Shown here one piece after another: positions 1-9,868 of a DNA stretch of 64,000 bases. Numbering within the stretch: position 1 is the first letter of the stretch; each line of letters opens with the position of its first letter. Both the position numbers and the translations under genes were made by a program. This stretch comes from an uncultured Bacteroidota bacterium (GTDB lineage Bacteria > Bacteroidota > Ignavibacteria > UBA10030 > UBA8401): the NCBI GenBank assembly GCA_963827085.1, contig CAWGZY010000003.1:1372856-1436855 (forward strand), in the 5' to 3' direction. Under the pieces are notes generated by a model that saw only the letters and a program-made list of their open reading frames with translations, made no database searches and was not told the DNA's origin.

Positions 1-1395
1 ATCTATCGCGATCAGATTTCCGCCGGCATCAACCATTGCATGTCGGGAATTCCGTACTGGACGTTCGACATCGGCGGCTTCGTCCTTGGCGCCTACGGCG
101 GTGTATTTATGAACGGGGGAAAAGATCCGGCGTACCAGGAATTATATGCGCGTATGTTTCAGTTTGGAGCTTTCTCCCCCATCTTCCGTTCGCACGGGTC
201 TGAAACACCTCGGGAGATATGGGAAATGGGTGATTTCACGGAACCGATACTGAAGGCGGACAACCTGCGCTACCGGCTCATGCCGTACATCTATTCATTG
301 GCTTGGATGGTGACAGACAAGGACTACACAATGATGCGCGGACTGCCGATGGACTTCCCGGCCGACAAACACACGTACTCCCTCAACGATCAATTTATGT
401 TCGGACCATCGATGATGGTTTGCCCCGTAACAAACTATATGTACTATCGTCCGCCCGAGTCGAGTGTGTTGATCGGGCCCGAGTACTTCACAACGAATGA
501 CGGCAAGCCGGGTTTGAGCGCAAAATATTACAAAGATGCCGGGCGAACAATTTTGAGTAAAGAAACGATTGACCCAAACATCGATTTTGTTTGGTACACG
601 GGACGTCCGGAGTGGGCGACCGATTCGATGTATGCGATCCAGTGGTCTGGGAAACTTGTGCCCAAAGAAACAGGCAAACATCAATTTCATTTGGTGAGCT
701 ACGACGCGAAACGCATCATTCTTAACGGCGATACACTAAGAATAGTTTACAAAAGCGTTGAAGAGTATACAGAGCCTGTTGAACTGATTGCCGGGAAAAA
801 ATACAATCTTGTCGTTGAAACCGAGAACAATTCCACCGGTGCCGCAAAGATGCGCCTCTTTTGGAAAACTCCATCAATATTCGCCAAAGAGGAAATGAAA
901 GAGGAGAGAGAAAAAACGAGATCGGTGTATCTTCCCGCCGGGCAGCGATGGTTCGATTTCTGGACGGGGAGTATTCTTGAAGGGGAAAAAACAATCGAGG
1001 CAGATGCGCCGATCGACAAAATCCCATTGTTTGTGAGAGCCGGGTCGATCGTCCCAATGGGACCGTTCCTCCAATACTCAACGGAAAAACCCGCAGACCC
1101 TATCGAGCTGCGCATTTACCCGGGTGCCGATGCTCGTTTCACCCTCTACGAGGATGAGAACGACAACTACAATTATGAAAAAGGAATCTACTCAACCGTC
1201 GATTTCATATGGATTGATGGCAAGGGCGAGCTCACAATCACAGACCGCAAAGGTGAATTCCCCGGCATGCTGAAGGAGCGCACCATAAAAATTGTGCGTG
1301 TAGGACACGAACATGGAACAGGATTGAACATTGAAGAGCGCCCCGACAAGGTTGTCACGTACGTTGGAAAAGAAATAACCGTGGATGTGAAGTAA
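1..1395 (+). CDS. Glycoside hydrolase family 31 (alpha-xylosidase/alpha-glucosidase-like), 5'-truncated by the window edge, with a PA14 domain inserted in the C-terminal region
   Basis: The frame is open from nucleotide 1 (IYRDQISAGINHCMSGIPYWTFDIGGF). This matches the GH31 catalytic region ACASGIPYWTSDIGGY of the paralog at 6063. The C-terminal beta-sandwich aligns with the other two GH31s in the window (RAGSIVPMGPFLQY, LYEDENDNYNYEKG). A PA14-like segment of about 150 aa (YKDAG...WSGKLVPKETGKHQFHLVSYDAKRIILNG...) replaces a short loop present in the paralog. Confidence 0.9.
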   Translation: MYRDQISAGINHCMSGIPYWTFDIGGFVLGAYGGVFMNGGKDPAYQELYARMFQFGAFSPIFRSHGSETPREIWEMGDFTEPILKADNLRYRLMPYIYSLAWMVTDKDYTMMRGLPMDFPADKHTYSLNDQFMFGPSMMVCPVTNYMYYRPPESSVLIGPEYFTTNDGKPGLSAKYYKDAGRTILSKETIDPNIDFVWYTGRPEWATDSMYAIQWSGKLVPKETGKHQFHLVSYDAKRIILNGDTLRIVYKSVEEYTEPVELIAGKKYNLVVETENNSTGAAKMRLFWKTPSIFAKEEMKEEREKTRSVYLPAGQRWFDFWTGSILEGEKTIEADAPIDKIPLFVRAGSIVPMGPFLQYSTEKPADPIELRIYPGADARFTLYEDENDNYNYEKGIYSTVDFIWIDGKGELTITDRKGEFPGMLKERTIKIVRVGHEHGTGLNIEERPDKVVTYVGKEITVDVK

Positions 1396-2193
1396 ACGGG
1401 TCGAAACGCAACAGCGATTGCGGATGATGTTGGTCGCGCAAGGAGGCTAGACCACCAATTCATTCTGACGATGACAAACGGGATTTCGAAGACAGCCGGG
1501 CGTCAGACGACAGCGCCGGAAGCCAATCAGTTCGAGGCCGTGGATATCTCTCTACGCTGGCTGACTCGAATCTGTGCAGAGGTTTTGTGGATTCTCTGAC
1601 AATGAATTCAGCGTGAAGGACGATGTTCTTTATCGCCAACGGTGTAGAAGATTCAATGTTGGTGATCAAGATCTCAGCCGCCTTTCTGCCCAATTCAAGG
1701 AAGGGACAGGCATTCATGCCTGTCAGATAAGTGAGACAAGTTCCGAAGGAATGGCTTTGCCAAATGTCTGACCGACAATACTTTGAACCTGAGTCACTAC
1801 AAAATACTTGACTCTTCCGGAAAAATTTCTAAATTAATTGAAGCGGTTCAACCAAATTTTAACCAATTCAGCATTTCTCAATAACAATCGAGTTTACCGA
1901 AGATCTCAGCAATAGTCAAAGAACATTTGAGCTATGCGATGCGGCGGGATCGTTTAGGATTAACGGACATTTCGGATTTTTTTTTAGACCTTCCATCGAT
2001 GGATGTTCAAGATTGACACTTGCGGCGAACCGCATGACGACGAGATGAGAATATGCAAGAAGCTAATCGTGAGTTTGCAGCGGAGTTCCGAGCGGCGTCA
2101 GTTTCGGCCGCTAGTAATCCGGCAGTATCATCATCGCGAAAAAGTTAGTTTAGTGATCATAATGCAGCGGTTGTTTTCATCTTTCTCCTAACA

Positions 2194-2229
2194 AAACGCC
2201 TGCAGCCGGTTTTTAGGTTGCAGGCGTTT
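2194..2229. other. 14-bp stem hairpin (AAACGCCTGCAGCC / GGTTGCAGGCGTTT) in the 970-bp gap upstream of the GH13 gene
   Basis: It has 13 Watson-Crick pairs plus one G-T pair and the loop ggttttta. A T-tract follows only on the minus strand. Confidence 0.4.
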
Positions 2230-2366
2230 GTGTGCGTGACAATTCGTACTTTGAAAGATTCCGTTTCAGCAATTCCTCATACGCGCGGGACAACAATTCG
2301 ACCATCCGCCAAGCACGACCTCGGCGGAGCGGATTTTACACGTAGCTTTTGAAAGGAGACACAATC

Positions 2367-4202
2367 ATGGAAGACAGCGTCGGGAGACGATCATTCATCA
2401 AGAAGTTGACCACGGTTGCTGTCGGCCTTGGCCTCGTAAAAACATCGCGGCCGGAAAACGCGTTTGCAGATATTTTGGCCGCTCCGGCGAATTATAGCGC
2501 AAGAGCAGATAAAACGGATTTTTCGTCGCGTGAAATTACCGGCGGGTACAAGATTCCCCCCGATTGTCCCGAATGGGTTCATCGGGCAGTTTTCTATCAG
2601 GTATATCCTCAAAGTTTCTACGATTCAAACGGCGACGGCATCGGCGATCTGCAGGGAATCATCACAAAGCTCGATTACATCAAGAGCCTTGGAGTTGATG
2701 CCGTTTGGATCAATCCCTTCTTCGAATCCCCCTTCGGAGACGGCGGGTATGATATTTCAGATTATTACAGAGTGGCTCCCAGGTATGGGACGAATGAAGA
2801 CGCGAAGATGCTATTCGCGGAGGCGCACAAGCGGGGACTGAAAATTCTTTTTGATTTTGTTGCAAGCTACTCTTCGATGGAACATCCCTGGTTTAAAGAG
2901 TCATCACGTCAGGAAAAAAATAAATATTCCAATTGGTATATCTGGACGGAGAATGTCTGGCTCAATCCCCCAAAGAACTTTGAAGGGGCGTTTATCAAAG
3001 GGTATGGGAGACGAAACGGACAGTACATGCAGAATTTCTATTTTTCCGAACCCGCGTTGAATTATGGATTTGCCTCCCCCGATCCGGCGCAGAATTGGGA
3101 ACTCCCGACCGATCATCCCGACGTCGCTGCAATGAGAGAGGAAATGAAAAACGTCTGCCGTTTCTGGCTAAGCATGGGAGCGGATGGGTTCAGGGCCGAC
3201 ATGGCCGGAGCGCTGGTGAAATCATCCGGCGTCACGGGGAATCAACAATTCTTCACGACACAGGAAGGCGAAACCAAACGATTCTGGAGAGAGGTGAGAA
3301 TGATGCTCACGAAGGAATTTCCCGAAGCGTTCATGGTTTCGGAGTGGTCGTATCCTTCCTCGGCTCTCGACGGATGCTTTCATGCGGATTTCTTCCATTG
3401 GTTCGAGGGGTACAACGACCTTTTCCAGAAAGAGAGCTGGAGGATTCTCAACGGTTACTCCGAAGGCTACAGCTATTTCGACGTTGAAGGCAAAGGCGAC
3501 ATCACCTTCTTCCTGAGCAAGTTCATGGAACAATACAATCTGACAAGAGAGAAAGGATACATTTCTCTTCCCCTGGGGAATCATGACAACGCACGATTGG
3601 GAAACAAACGAAGCGATGACGATCTGGAAATTATCTACGCTTTTGGACTTACCATGCCGGGTGTAACGTTCATCTATTACGGAAATGAAATCGGAATGCG
3701 TCAGCTGCCCGAGAACTGGCCGCAAGTTGAGGGAGCCTACCGCCCGCGGAACGGGGCTAGAACGCCGATGCAGTGGTCGCGTGCGAAAAATCTCGGCTTC
3801 TCGACCGCTTCCGCCGAAAAACTGTATCTCCCCGTCGACCCTTCCGGCGATGCCGTGACCGTCGATGCCGAGGAAAAGGACTCGAACTCGCTCCTTAACA
3901 GGACACGCCGGCTGATCCAACTGAAACACTCGGAGCCGGCTCTTGCCGCCTACGCAGAGTTTGTTCCGCTCTATGCGAAGAAGGATGTGTATCCGTTTAT
4001 CTTTGCCCGAGCGGCGAAAGACGACGTTGTCCTGGTGTTTCTGAATCCTTCCGGGCGAAACGCAGATGCAGAGTTCACGTTGAACATTCCGTATTCGGAA
4101 CTCACGCTCCTGTCCGGCAAGGAAATCCGAGTGAACAGGTCGGGAGACAAGATCTCAGCGGCGCTTCCCGGACGAACCTACGCCATTTACAAGCTGAAAT
4201 GA
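2367..4202 (+). CDS. GH13 alpha-glucosidase / oligo-1,6-glucosidase-like enzyme with twin-arginine (TAT) signal peptide
   Basis: GH13 hallmarks are present: YQVYPQSFYDSNGDGIGDLQGI, GVDAVWINPFF and GYDISDY. The N-terminus MEDSVGRRSFIKKLTTVAVGLGL...AFA is a TAT motif. An AAGGAGA Shine-Dalgarno sits 7 nt upstream of the ATG at 2367. The six-frame ORF starting at 2349 begins with TTG. Confidence 0.9.
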   Translation: MEDSVGRRSFIKKLTTVAVGLGLVKTSRPENAFADILAAPANYSARADKTDFSSREITGGYKIPPDCPEWVHRAVFYQVYPQSFYDSNGDGIGDLQGIITKLDYIKSLGVDAVWINPFFESPFGDGGYDISDYYRVAPRYGTNEDAKMLFAEAHKRGLKILFDFVASYSSMEHPWFKESSRQEKNKYSNWYIWTENVWLNPPKNFEGAFIKGYGRRNGQYMQNFYFSEPALNYGFASPDPAQNWELPTDHPDVAAMREEMKNVCRFWLSMGADGFRADMAGALVKSSGVTGNQQFFTTQEGETKRFWREVRMMLTKEFPEAFMVSEWSYPSSALDGCFHADFFHWFEGYNDLFQKESWRILNGYSEGYSYFDVEGKGDITFFLSKFMEQYNLTREKGYISLPLGNHDNARLGNKRSDDDLEIIYAFGLTMPGVTFIYYGNEIGMRQLPENWPQVEGAYRPRNGARTPMQWSRAKNLGFSTASAEKLYLPVDPSGDAVTVDAEEKDSNSLLNRTRRLIQLKHSEPALAAYAEFVPLYAKKDVYPFIFARAAKDDVVLVFLNPSGRNADAEFTLNIPYSELTLLSGKEIRVNRSGDKISAALPGRTYAIYKLK

Positions 4203-4235
4203 ACAATACAAACAATCCGCATTGACAAATCACAA

Positions 4236-5966
4236 ATGGGACAAACAATGAAAAAATCATTCCAAATTATCTTTGTCTTGTCTTCTGCACTCGCGGCGTT
4301 CGGTTATGCCCAAACAGAAAACACGGTTTCGGGCGTGGAACCGCCAGCCAATTCCGCACAGCTTCCTCACCTTCAGAAGCAGGGTACCGCTACACAGCTC
4401 ATCGTCGAAGGGAAGCCATTCCTCATGATTGCCGGGGAACTGCACAATTCAACCTGCGGCGGATTTGATTACATGAGACCCGTATGGAAGAAGTTAGCCG
4501 CGAAGAACCTCAATACGGTTGTTGGCACGGCTTCCTGGGAACTTGTAGAACCGACAGAAGGAAAGTTCGATTTTTCCCTTGTGGACAGCGAGATCATCGG
4601 TGCGAGAGAAGCACATCTCAAGCTAATACTGATCTGGTTTGCAAGCTGGAAAAACGGGAGCTCTGTGTATATCCCTTCATGGGTGAAGGGAGATTACAAA
4701 AAATATCCCAGGGCCAAAGATGAAACCGGAAAGCCGCTGGAAATACTATCCACATTCGGAGAGGCTTCTTGTGAAGCAGATGCAAATGCTTTTGCAGCGT
4801 TGATGCACCATATCAGAGAAGTGGATGGTAAGGAGCAAACAATAGTCATGGTGCAGGTCGAGAATGAAGTCGGCGTCATCGATAATCTCGGGAAAACGCC
4901 CGGCAATGCGAGGAGGGATTTCAGCGTCGCAGCCAACGCGGCATACAGCGGCCCGGTTCCAAAAAAGCTGATGGAATATCTGACCGAGCATAAGAAGAAC
5001 CTGTACCCGCGGCTTCATGAAGTATGGTCAGCAAATGGTTTCAACGCTTCCGGGTCATGGGAAGAAGTCTTCGGCAAGAGCGAATTCAAGTCTGAGAAGA
5101 AGGATTGGAAATTCTATTCATTTTACACCGAAGAGCTCTTTATGGCATGGAACTATGCCAAGTATATAGAAAAAATCACCGCTGCAGGCAAGAAGGAGTA
5201 TCCCCTGCCGATGTACGTCAACGCATGGCTTAAACAACCCTTCAGTTATTGGCCTGGACGATATCCATCGGGAGGGCCGCTGCCGCAGGTGCTTGACGTA
5301 TGGCGCGCAGGCGCGCCTTCGATCGACTTTATTGCACCGGATATGTACCTGGACGAATATACGTGGGCATGTCAGGAATACACGAGAAGCGGCAATCCGT
5401 TGTTCTCGCCCGAGACCCGCGGAGGAGAGTATGGCGCTGCAAGGGCATTCTATACATTTGGCGAATTCGATGCAGGATGTTTTTCTCCATTTGGCATTGA
5501 TGACGACCGCTCTGCGAAGAACGACCCGTTGGATGAAAGTTATGCCGCATTGAGGACGATGGCTCCAATTATTCTCGCTAATCAGGGCAAGGGAACCATG
5601 AGAGGAATACTTGTTGATACGTTGGAGCCTGTCCAACGGTTTGATTTGGGAGATTATACCATCGAAGCAAAACTTGAAGGCGAGAGAACCCCGGTCATCG
5701 CAGGAGGTCTTATCATACAAACAGGTCCGCAGGAATTTATCGCTGCCGGCAAATCACTCGATGTATATTTTGTTTCAAAGGCTGACACTTCTTTGCGCGT
5801 AGGGGTAAACGGAGTGGACGAAGGAAGATTTGAAGACGGTACATGGGTGTCTGAAAGAAGGTTGAACGGAGATGAAACACATGCAAGCACATCGGACGGA
5901 ACGGGGTTGAAATTCCGCGGAAATAAGGTAAGTATACAAAAAATATCGTTATATCGGTACAAATAG
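4236..5966 (+). CDS. Secreted GH35-like (DUF4978/DUF5597-type) putative beta-galactosidase
   Basis: It has a signal peptide (MKKSFQIIFVLSSALAAFGYAQ). The TIM-barrel region carries IVMVQVENEVG, which resembles the GH35 catalytic acid motif. An alternative start is at 4248. Confidence 0.65.
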   Translation: MGQTMKKSFQIIFVLSSALAAFGYAQTENTVSGVEPPANSAQLPHLQKQGTATQLIVEGKPFLMIAGELHNSTCGGFDYMRPVWKKLAAKNLNTVVGTASWELVEPTEGKFDFSLVDSEIIGAREAHLKLILIWFASWKNGSSVYIPSWVKGDYKKYPRAKDETGKPLEILSTFGEASCEADANAFAALMHHIREVDGKEQTIVMVQVENEVGVIDNLGKTPGNARRDFSVAANAAYSGPVPKKLMEYLTEHKKNLYPRLHEVWSANGFNASGSWEEVFGKSEFKSEKKDWKFYSFYTEELFMAWNYAKYIEKITAAGKKEYPLPMYVNAWLKQPFSYWPGRYPSGGPLPQVLDVWRAGAPSIDFIAPDMYLDEYTWACQEYTRSGNPLFSPETRGGEYGAARAFYTFGEFDAGCFSPFGIDDDRSAKNDPLDESYAALRTMAPIILANQGKGTMRGILVDTLEPVQRFDLGDYTIEAKLEGERTPVIAGGLIIQTGPQEFIAAGKSLDVYFVSKADTSLRVGVNGVDEGRFEDGTWVSERRLNGDETHASTSDGTGLKFRGNKVSIQKISLYRYK

Positions 5967-6062
5967 CATTTGGGAGCGCCTTTTGGGCGCTCTGCATGCT
6001 ATTATTGCGATACACATTCTTTATGGGTGAGAATCTCATTCACAATTTAAACGGGCGGCATT

Positions 6063-8474
6063 ATGAATATAATTTCAGCAAAGGTTAAGATTTTTTTTAG
6101 CGCCGTGATATGTATCTCTCTTCTTCTTATATGTACTGCGAGCGCCTCGGTGATCTCCTTCACCAAAGACACAAATGGCGTCACCTTTGTTCTGGATAAG
6201 GGATCGATGAAAGTTATTGTTCGCAAAAGCGACATTATTGAAGTGAAGTACACTGCTCTTGCGGCATTGCCTTCAAAGACATCACTGGTTGTCTCAAATC
6301 CCTGGAACGTGCCGCCCGAATTTAAGGTGGCAGAAACTCCCGATAAAATCGTGATTACTACCGACAGACTGAAGATCGAAGTGAACAGACTGACAAATGC
6401 CGTTACGTACTCCGATCTGCACGATAATCTCATCCTTGCTGAAGATGGAGCGAACGGAACGACGATGGCCGCTGATACCGTCGCCGGCATCAATACGTAC
6501 ACCTGTTCGACGCAATTTCTTTCGCCCGCCGATGAAGCCCTCTTTGGTCTCGGCTGCCACCCGGAAGATTCATTGTCCATCAACTACAAGGGTCGTAATC
6601 AGGATTTGATCATAAAATACATGACGGGTGCTATTCCGGTGCTTTTGTCCAACAAAGGCTATGGACTGATGTGGGATAATTATTCGGCCTCAAAGTTCTA
6701 TGGCACCGAGGCAAATAACACCAAATATACCTATGTATCGGAAAGCGGAACCATGGTCGATTACTATTTCTTCTACGGTCCGGAATTTGATCGTATCATT
6801 GCGCTCTACCGAGAGACAACGGGCGAGGCCCCGATGTTTGGCAAATGGGTATTCGGACTCTTCCAGTCGCAGGACAGGTACCAGAGTCAAGCGGAGGTCC
6901 TGTCGGTAAAGGACAATTACCGCAAGAATCATATACCCATTGACTGCATTGTCCAGGATTGGTTTTACTGGGAGCCGAATGTCATAGGCTCGCACGTGAT
7001 GTATCCAACACGGTATCCCGACCCGAAAGCGATGGTTGATGAATTACATAAGGCGAACATTCACGGGATGATTTCCATCTGGCCGGTCTTCGCGAAAGGG
7101 ACGCAAAATTTTGATGAACTGAAAAACGCCGGAGGACTCACTTCCCTTACATGGGACAACGTGATGACTCACACCTTCGACAGTTATTATGATGCTCATG
7201 ATTCAACAGCACGCGATCTTTATTGGAGAGAGGCAAAAGACAGTTTGATCGCTCGCGATGGCTGGGACGGGTGGTGGGTAGACCAGTGCGAGCCGGAGAA
7301 CGGAGACCTCCTTGACGCGCGAAGACAAGCTACGTTTTCTATTGGCAGAGGCATTGACTATTTCAATACATACTCGCTTGCTCACACGATCGGCCTCTAC
7401 AAGAACTGGAGAAACGATATCCCCGGAAAGCGTGCGTTCTTTCTCGTGCGCCAGGCATTTGCCGGGCAGCAGCGGAACTCGGCAACGTTATGGTCGTCCG
7501 ATATCACCTGCACATTCCATTCATACAAAGACCAGGTAACTCAGGGAATCAACGCGTGCGCATCGGGCATTCCTTACTGGACTTCGGACATTGGCGGCTA
7601 TCATCTCCACTGGATGCCCCCCGATTGGACGACTCCCGCCAATAGAGAATTGTTTACGAGGTGGTTCCAGTTCGGGAGCTTCTGCCCCGTCTTCAGGATC
7701 CATGGCAAAGGCGAAAGAGCGTTGTTTTCGGACAATTGGGATGCGGCGACGAAAAGAATTTTGCTGAACTACGACAACCTGCGCTACCGCCTGATGCCGT
7801 ATATCTATTCATTGTCGTGGAAAGTCACCAGCGAAGGCTATACCATCATGCGCGCTCTTGCCTTCGATTTCAGGACGGACCCTGCAATCGACAACATTCA
7901 GGATCAGTACATGTTCGGTTCGGCGTTCCTCGTGAATCCGGTTACCCGAGAGATATCCGAGACCGCGCCGGCTTCTCCGGAGAAGAACACGCGAAAAGTA
8001 TATCTGCCGAAGTCATCCGATTGGTACGACTTCTGGACGGAGAAAACTTATGCGGGCGGAGAAACGATCGACTCTCCCGCGCCGATCGAGACGCTCCCGC
8101 TGTACGTGAGGGCCGGGTCAATCGTGCCGATGGGGCCATTCCTTCAGTATGCCACTGAGAAAGCGGCCGATCCGCTGGAGCTGCGCATTTATCCGGGCGC
8201 GAACGGGCGATTCGTCTTATACGAAGACGCAAACGACAATTACAACTACGAAAAGGGGGAATATGCGACGATCGAGTTCGAATGGAATAACGATGCACGG
8301 ACGCTGACAATTTCGGACCGAAAGGGGTCATTCCCCGGAATGCCGGCGGAGCGGACGATCAACGTCGTTCTTGTTGGACCAAATCACGGCACAGGAGCCG
8401 GCATTTGCCCGCAGCCCGATAAGACAGTGAAGTATGATGGAAGAAAACTGGAGATAAACGTAAAGGGAAATTAG
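6063..8474 (+). CDS. Glycoside hydrolase family 31 (alpha-xylosidase/alpha-glucosidase), secreted
   Basis: It has a signal peptide. GH31 motifs present are GIPYWTSDIGGY, WVDQCEPE and the C-terminal RAGSIVPMGPFLQYATEK. It is 803 aa with no PA14 insertion. Confidence 0.9.
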   Translation: MNIISAKVKIFFSAVICISLLLICTASASVISFTKDTNGVTFVLDKGSMKVIVRKSDIIEVKYTALAALPSKTSLVVSNPWNVPPEFKVAETPDKIVITTDRLKIEVNRLTNAVTYSDLHDNLILAEDGANGTTMAADTVAGINTYTCSTQFLSPADEALFGLGCHPEDSLSINYKGRNQDLIIKYMTGAIPVLLSNKGYGLMWDNYSASKFYGTEANNTKYTYVSESGTMVDYYFFYGPEFDRIIALYRETTGEAPMFGKWVFGLFQSQDRYQSQAEVLSVKDNYRKNHIPIDCIVQDWFYWEPNVIGSHVMYPTRYPDPKAMVDELHKANIHGMISIWPVFAKGTQNFDELKNAGGLTSLTWDNVMTHTFDSYYDAHDSTARDLYWREAKDSLIARDGWDGWWVDQCEPENGDLLDARRQATFSIGRGIDYFNTYSLAHTIGLYKNWRNDIPGKRAFFLVRQAFAGQQRNSATLWSSDITCTFHSYKDQVTQGINACASGIPYWTSDIGGYHLHWMPPDWTTPANRELFTRWFQFGSFCPVFRIHGKGERALFSDNWDAATKRILLNYDNLRYRLMPYIYSLSWKVTSEGYTIMRALAFDFRTDPAIDNIQDQYMFGSAFLVNPVTREISETAPASPEKNTRKVYLPKSSDWYDFWTEKTYAGGETIDSPAPIETLPLYVRAGSIVPMGPFLQYATEKAADPLELRIYPGANGRFVLYEDANDNYNYEKGEYATIEFEWNNDARTLTISDRKGSFPGMPAERTINVVLVGPNHGTGAGICPQPDKTVKYDGRKLEINVKGN

Positions 8475-8714
8475 CAGATCGCGACTTCTGAATAATTCCA
8501 AAAGTATGACTCACGCAAATCCTAAAGGGATGGCTTTACCAGACGCAAAGTTGCAAAATGATTTAAAAATAAGCTCCTTGCGCCTTGGGGGCTTGGCGAG
8601 AGACGATTTTTCAGATGTCTCAGAATCATAAGAAGGTTCCGCCGCGCGAAGCCGTTCTGGTCATCTTTGCTTAAACGGCTTGGGTTATTTAGAAGACCTC
8701 CATGGATAAAACGG

Positions 8715-9716
8715 TCATGTCGATTCCCGGATAATCAACTTCGATTCTATGATAAATGTTTTTGGTTTTTTTCTTCTGCCTTCAATCATCTCGATAAGCA
8801 TCGAAGCAGCTTTCTTTCCCATCTCGAACGGGAATTGATCGACGACGGTGAGCGTCGGAGAAACCATTGTTGTCAAGTGACTATTTGAAAAACCCATCAC
8901 TGCAATATCCTCTGGAATTCTAAGACCCGCCTCCTTGATTCTACGGAACGCCCCCATAGCAACAATGTCGTTTACAGCAAAGACTGCATCCGGGATATTT
9001 TTCTTTTGAAGGAGTTCGTCCATCGATTTGTAACCGTGAGATTCATGCAATTCACCGTCGATCACAAATCCGTCAATAAGAGGCAGATTTGCCTGGTTCA
9101 ATGCATCGGTAAATCCCTTCATTCTTTTTTGAGAAATTTCCAGGGTTTTGGAACCGGCAAAATGAGCAATTCTCTTATACCCCTTAGCAATAAGATACGT
9201 CACAGCGTCGAATGCGATTTTATAATCGTCGATGATAACTTTATCGGCAACGACGCTTTCGCATGAACGGTCAAAAAATGCGATCGGAATTCCGGCGTTC
9301 AACAGATCGTTAAAATGTCCTCCGACCCTGGTGTTTTGTGAAACCGAAACGATAACACCGGCGACCCTCTGATGCATCAAGAGATTCGTGTTGACAACTT
9401 CGCGTTCATAATTCTCATCCGATTGACACAGGATAATCGTATAGCCTGATTTATATGCAATTTCTTCGATGCCGCTAATCGCAGAAGAAAAAAATTCATG
9501 TTTAATCTCCGGGACAAGAACGCCGATCGTGTTTGTTCGATTCTTCTTAAGGCTCTGTGCAATCGGATTCGGCCGGTAATTGAATTCTACCGCAACCTTT
9601 TTGATTTTTGCTCGTGTTGATTCTTTGATATCCGGGTGATTATTCAATGCACGGGATATCGTGGATGGAGATAATTTAAGTTTCTTGGCGATATCAACGA
9701 TTGTCTTGTGCTTCAT
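8715..9716 (-). CDS. LacI-family transcriptional regulator
   Basis: The N-terminal helix-turn-helix is MKHKTIVDIAKKLKLSPSTISRALNN, followed by a periplasmic-binding-protein-like sugar-binding fold. Start chosen at the internal ATG at 9716, where the HTH begins, rather than at 9860, the first ATG of the 8715..9860 ORF. Confidence 0.9.
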   Translation of the reverse strand: MKHKTIVDIAKKLKLSPSTISRALNNHPDIKESTRAKIKKVAVEFNYRPNPIAQSLKKNRTNTIGVLVPEIKHEFFSSAISGIEEIAYKSGYTIILCQSDENYEREVVNTNLLMHQRVAGVIVSVSQNTRVGGHFNDLLNAGIPIAFFDRSCESVVADKVIIDDYKIAFDAVTYLIAKGYKRIAHFAGSKTLEISQKRMKGFTDALNQANLPLIDGFVIDGELHESHGYKSMDELLQKKNIPDAVFAVNDIVAMGAFRRIKEAGLRIPEDIAVMGFSNSHLTTMVSPTLTVVDQFPFEMGKKAASMLIEMIEGRRKKPKTFIIESKLIIREST

Positions 9717-9868
9717 TCCTGCCGCCGTTCCGATGAAAGTAAAACCGCTAATAAAGATCAAAGGACCGAAAAGATTGCCTTTGAAAGTAAACCGCCACGC
9801 CTCGATACCGACGTGCTGCGTGTTATGCCCCGCGCGGTGGATTTGCTTCTGCGGGAGCAAAAGCAGAG

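Noticed and set aside
2003-2191. A 62-aa ORF ending just before the 2194 hairpin, which could be a small protein plus terminator
   Set aside because: It has no recognisable motif or signal and low complexity. The hairpin has no U-tract on that strand.
3222-3929. Long antisense ORFs inside annotated genes (3222..3929, 5118..5720, 20349..21059, 22108..22779, 37043..37699, 43245..43682, 48614..49255 and others)
   Set aside because: Each lies entirely opposite a gene with strong family-level similarity and has no recognisable motifs. At about 50% GC such shadow ORFs are expected.
6025-6050. A 26-30 nt motif (gagaatctcattc.c.attt) shared between 6025-6050 and 26811-26840
   Set aside because: The exact core is only 13 nt. 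Many 13-mer pairs are expected by chance in 64 kb, and there is no consistent position relative to genes.
5967-6062. Hairpin GAGCGCC-tttt-GGCGCTC between the GH35-like and GH31 genes as a terminator
   Set aside because: No U-tract follows and the genes are 97 nt apart on the same strand. It may be a weak attenuator, but the evidence is insufficient.
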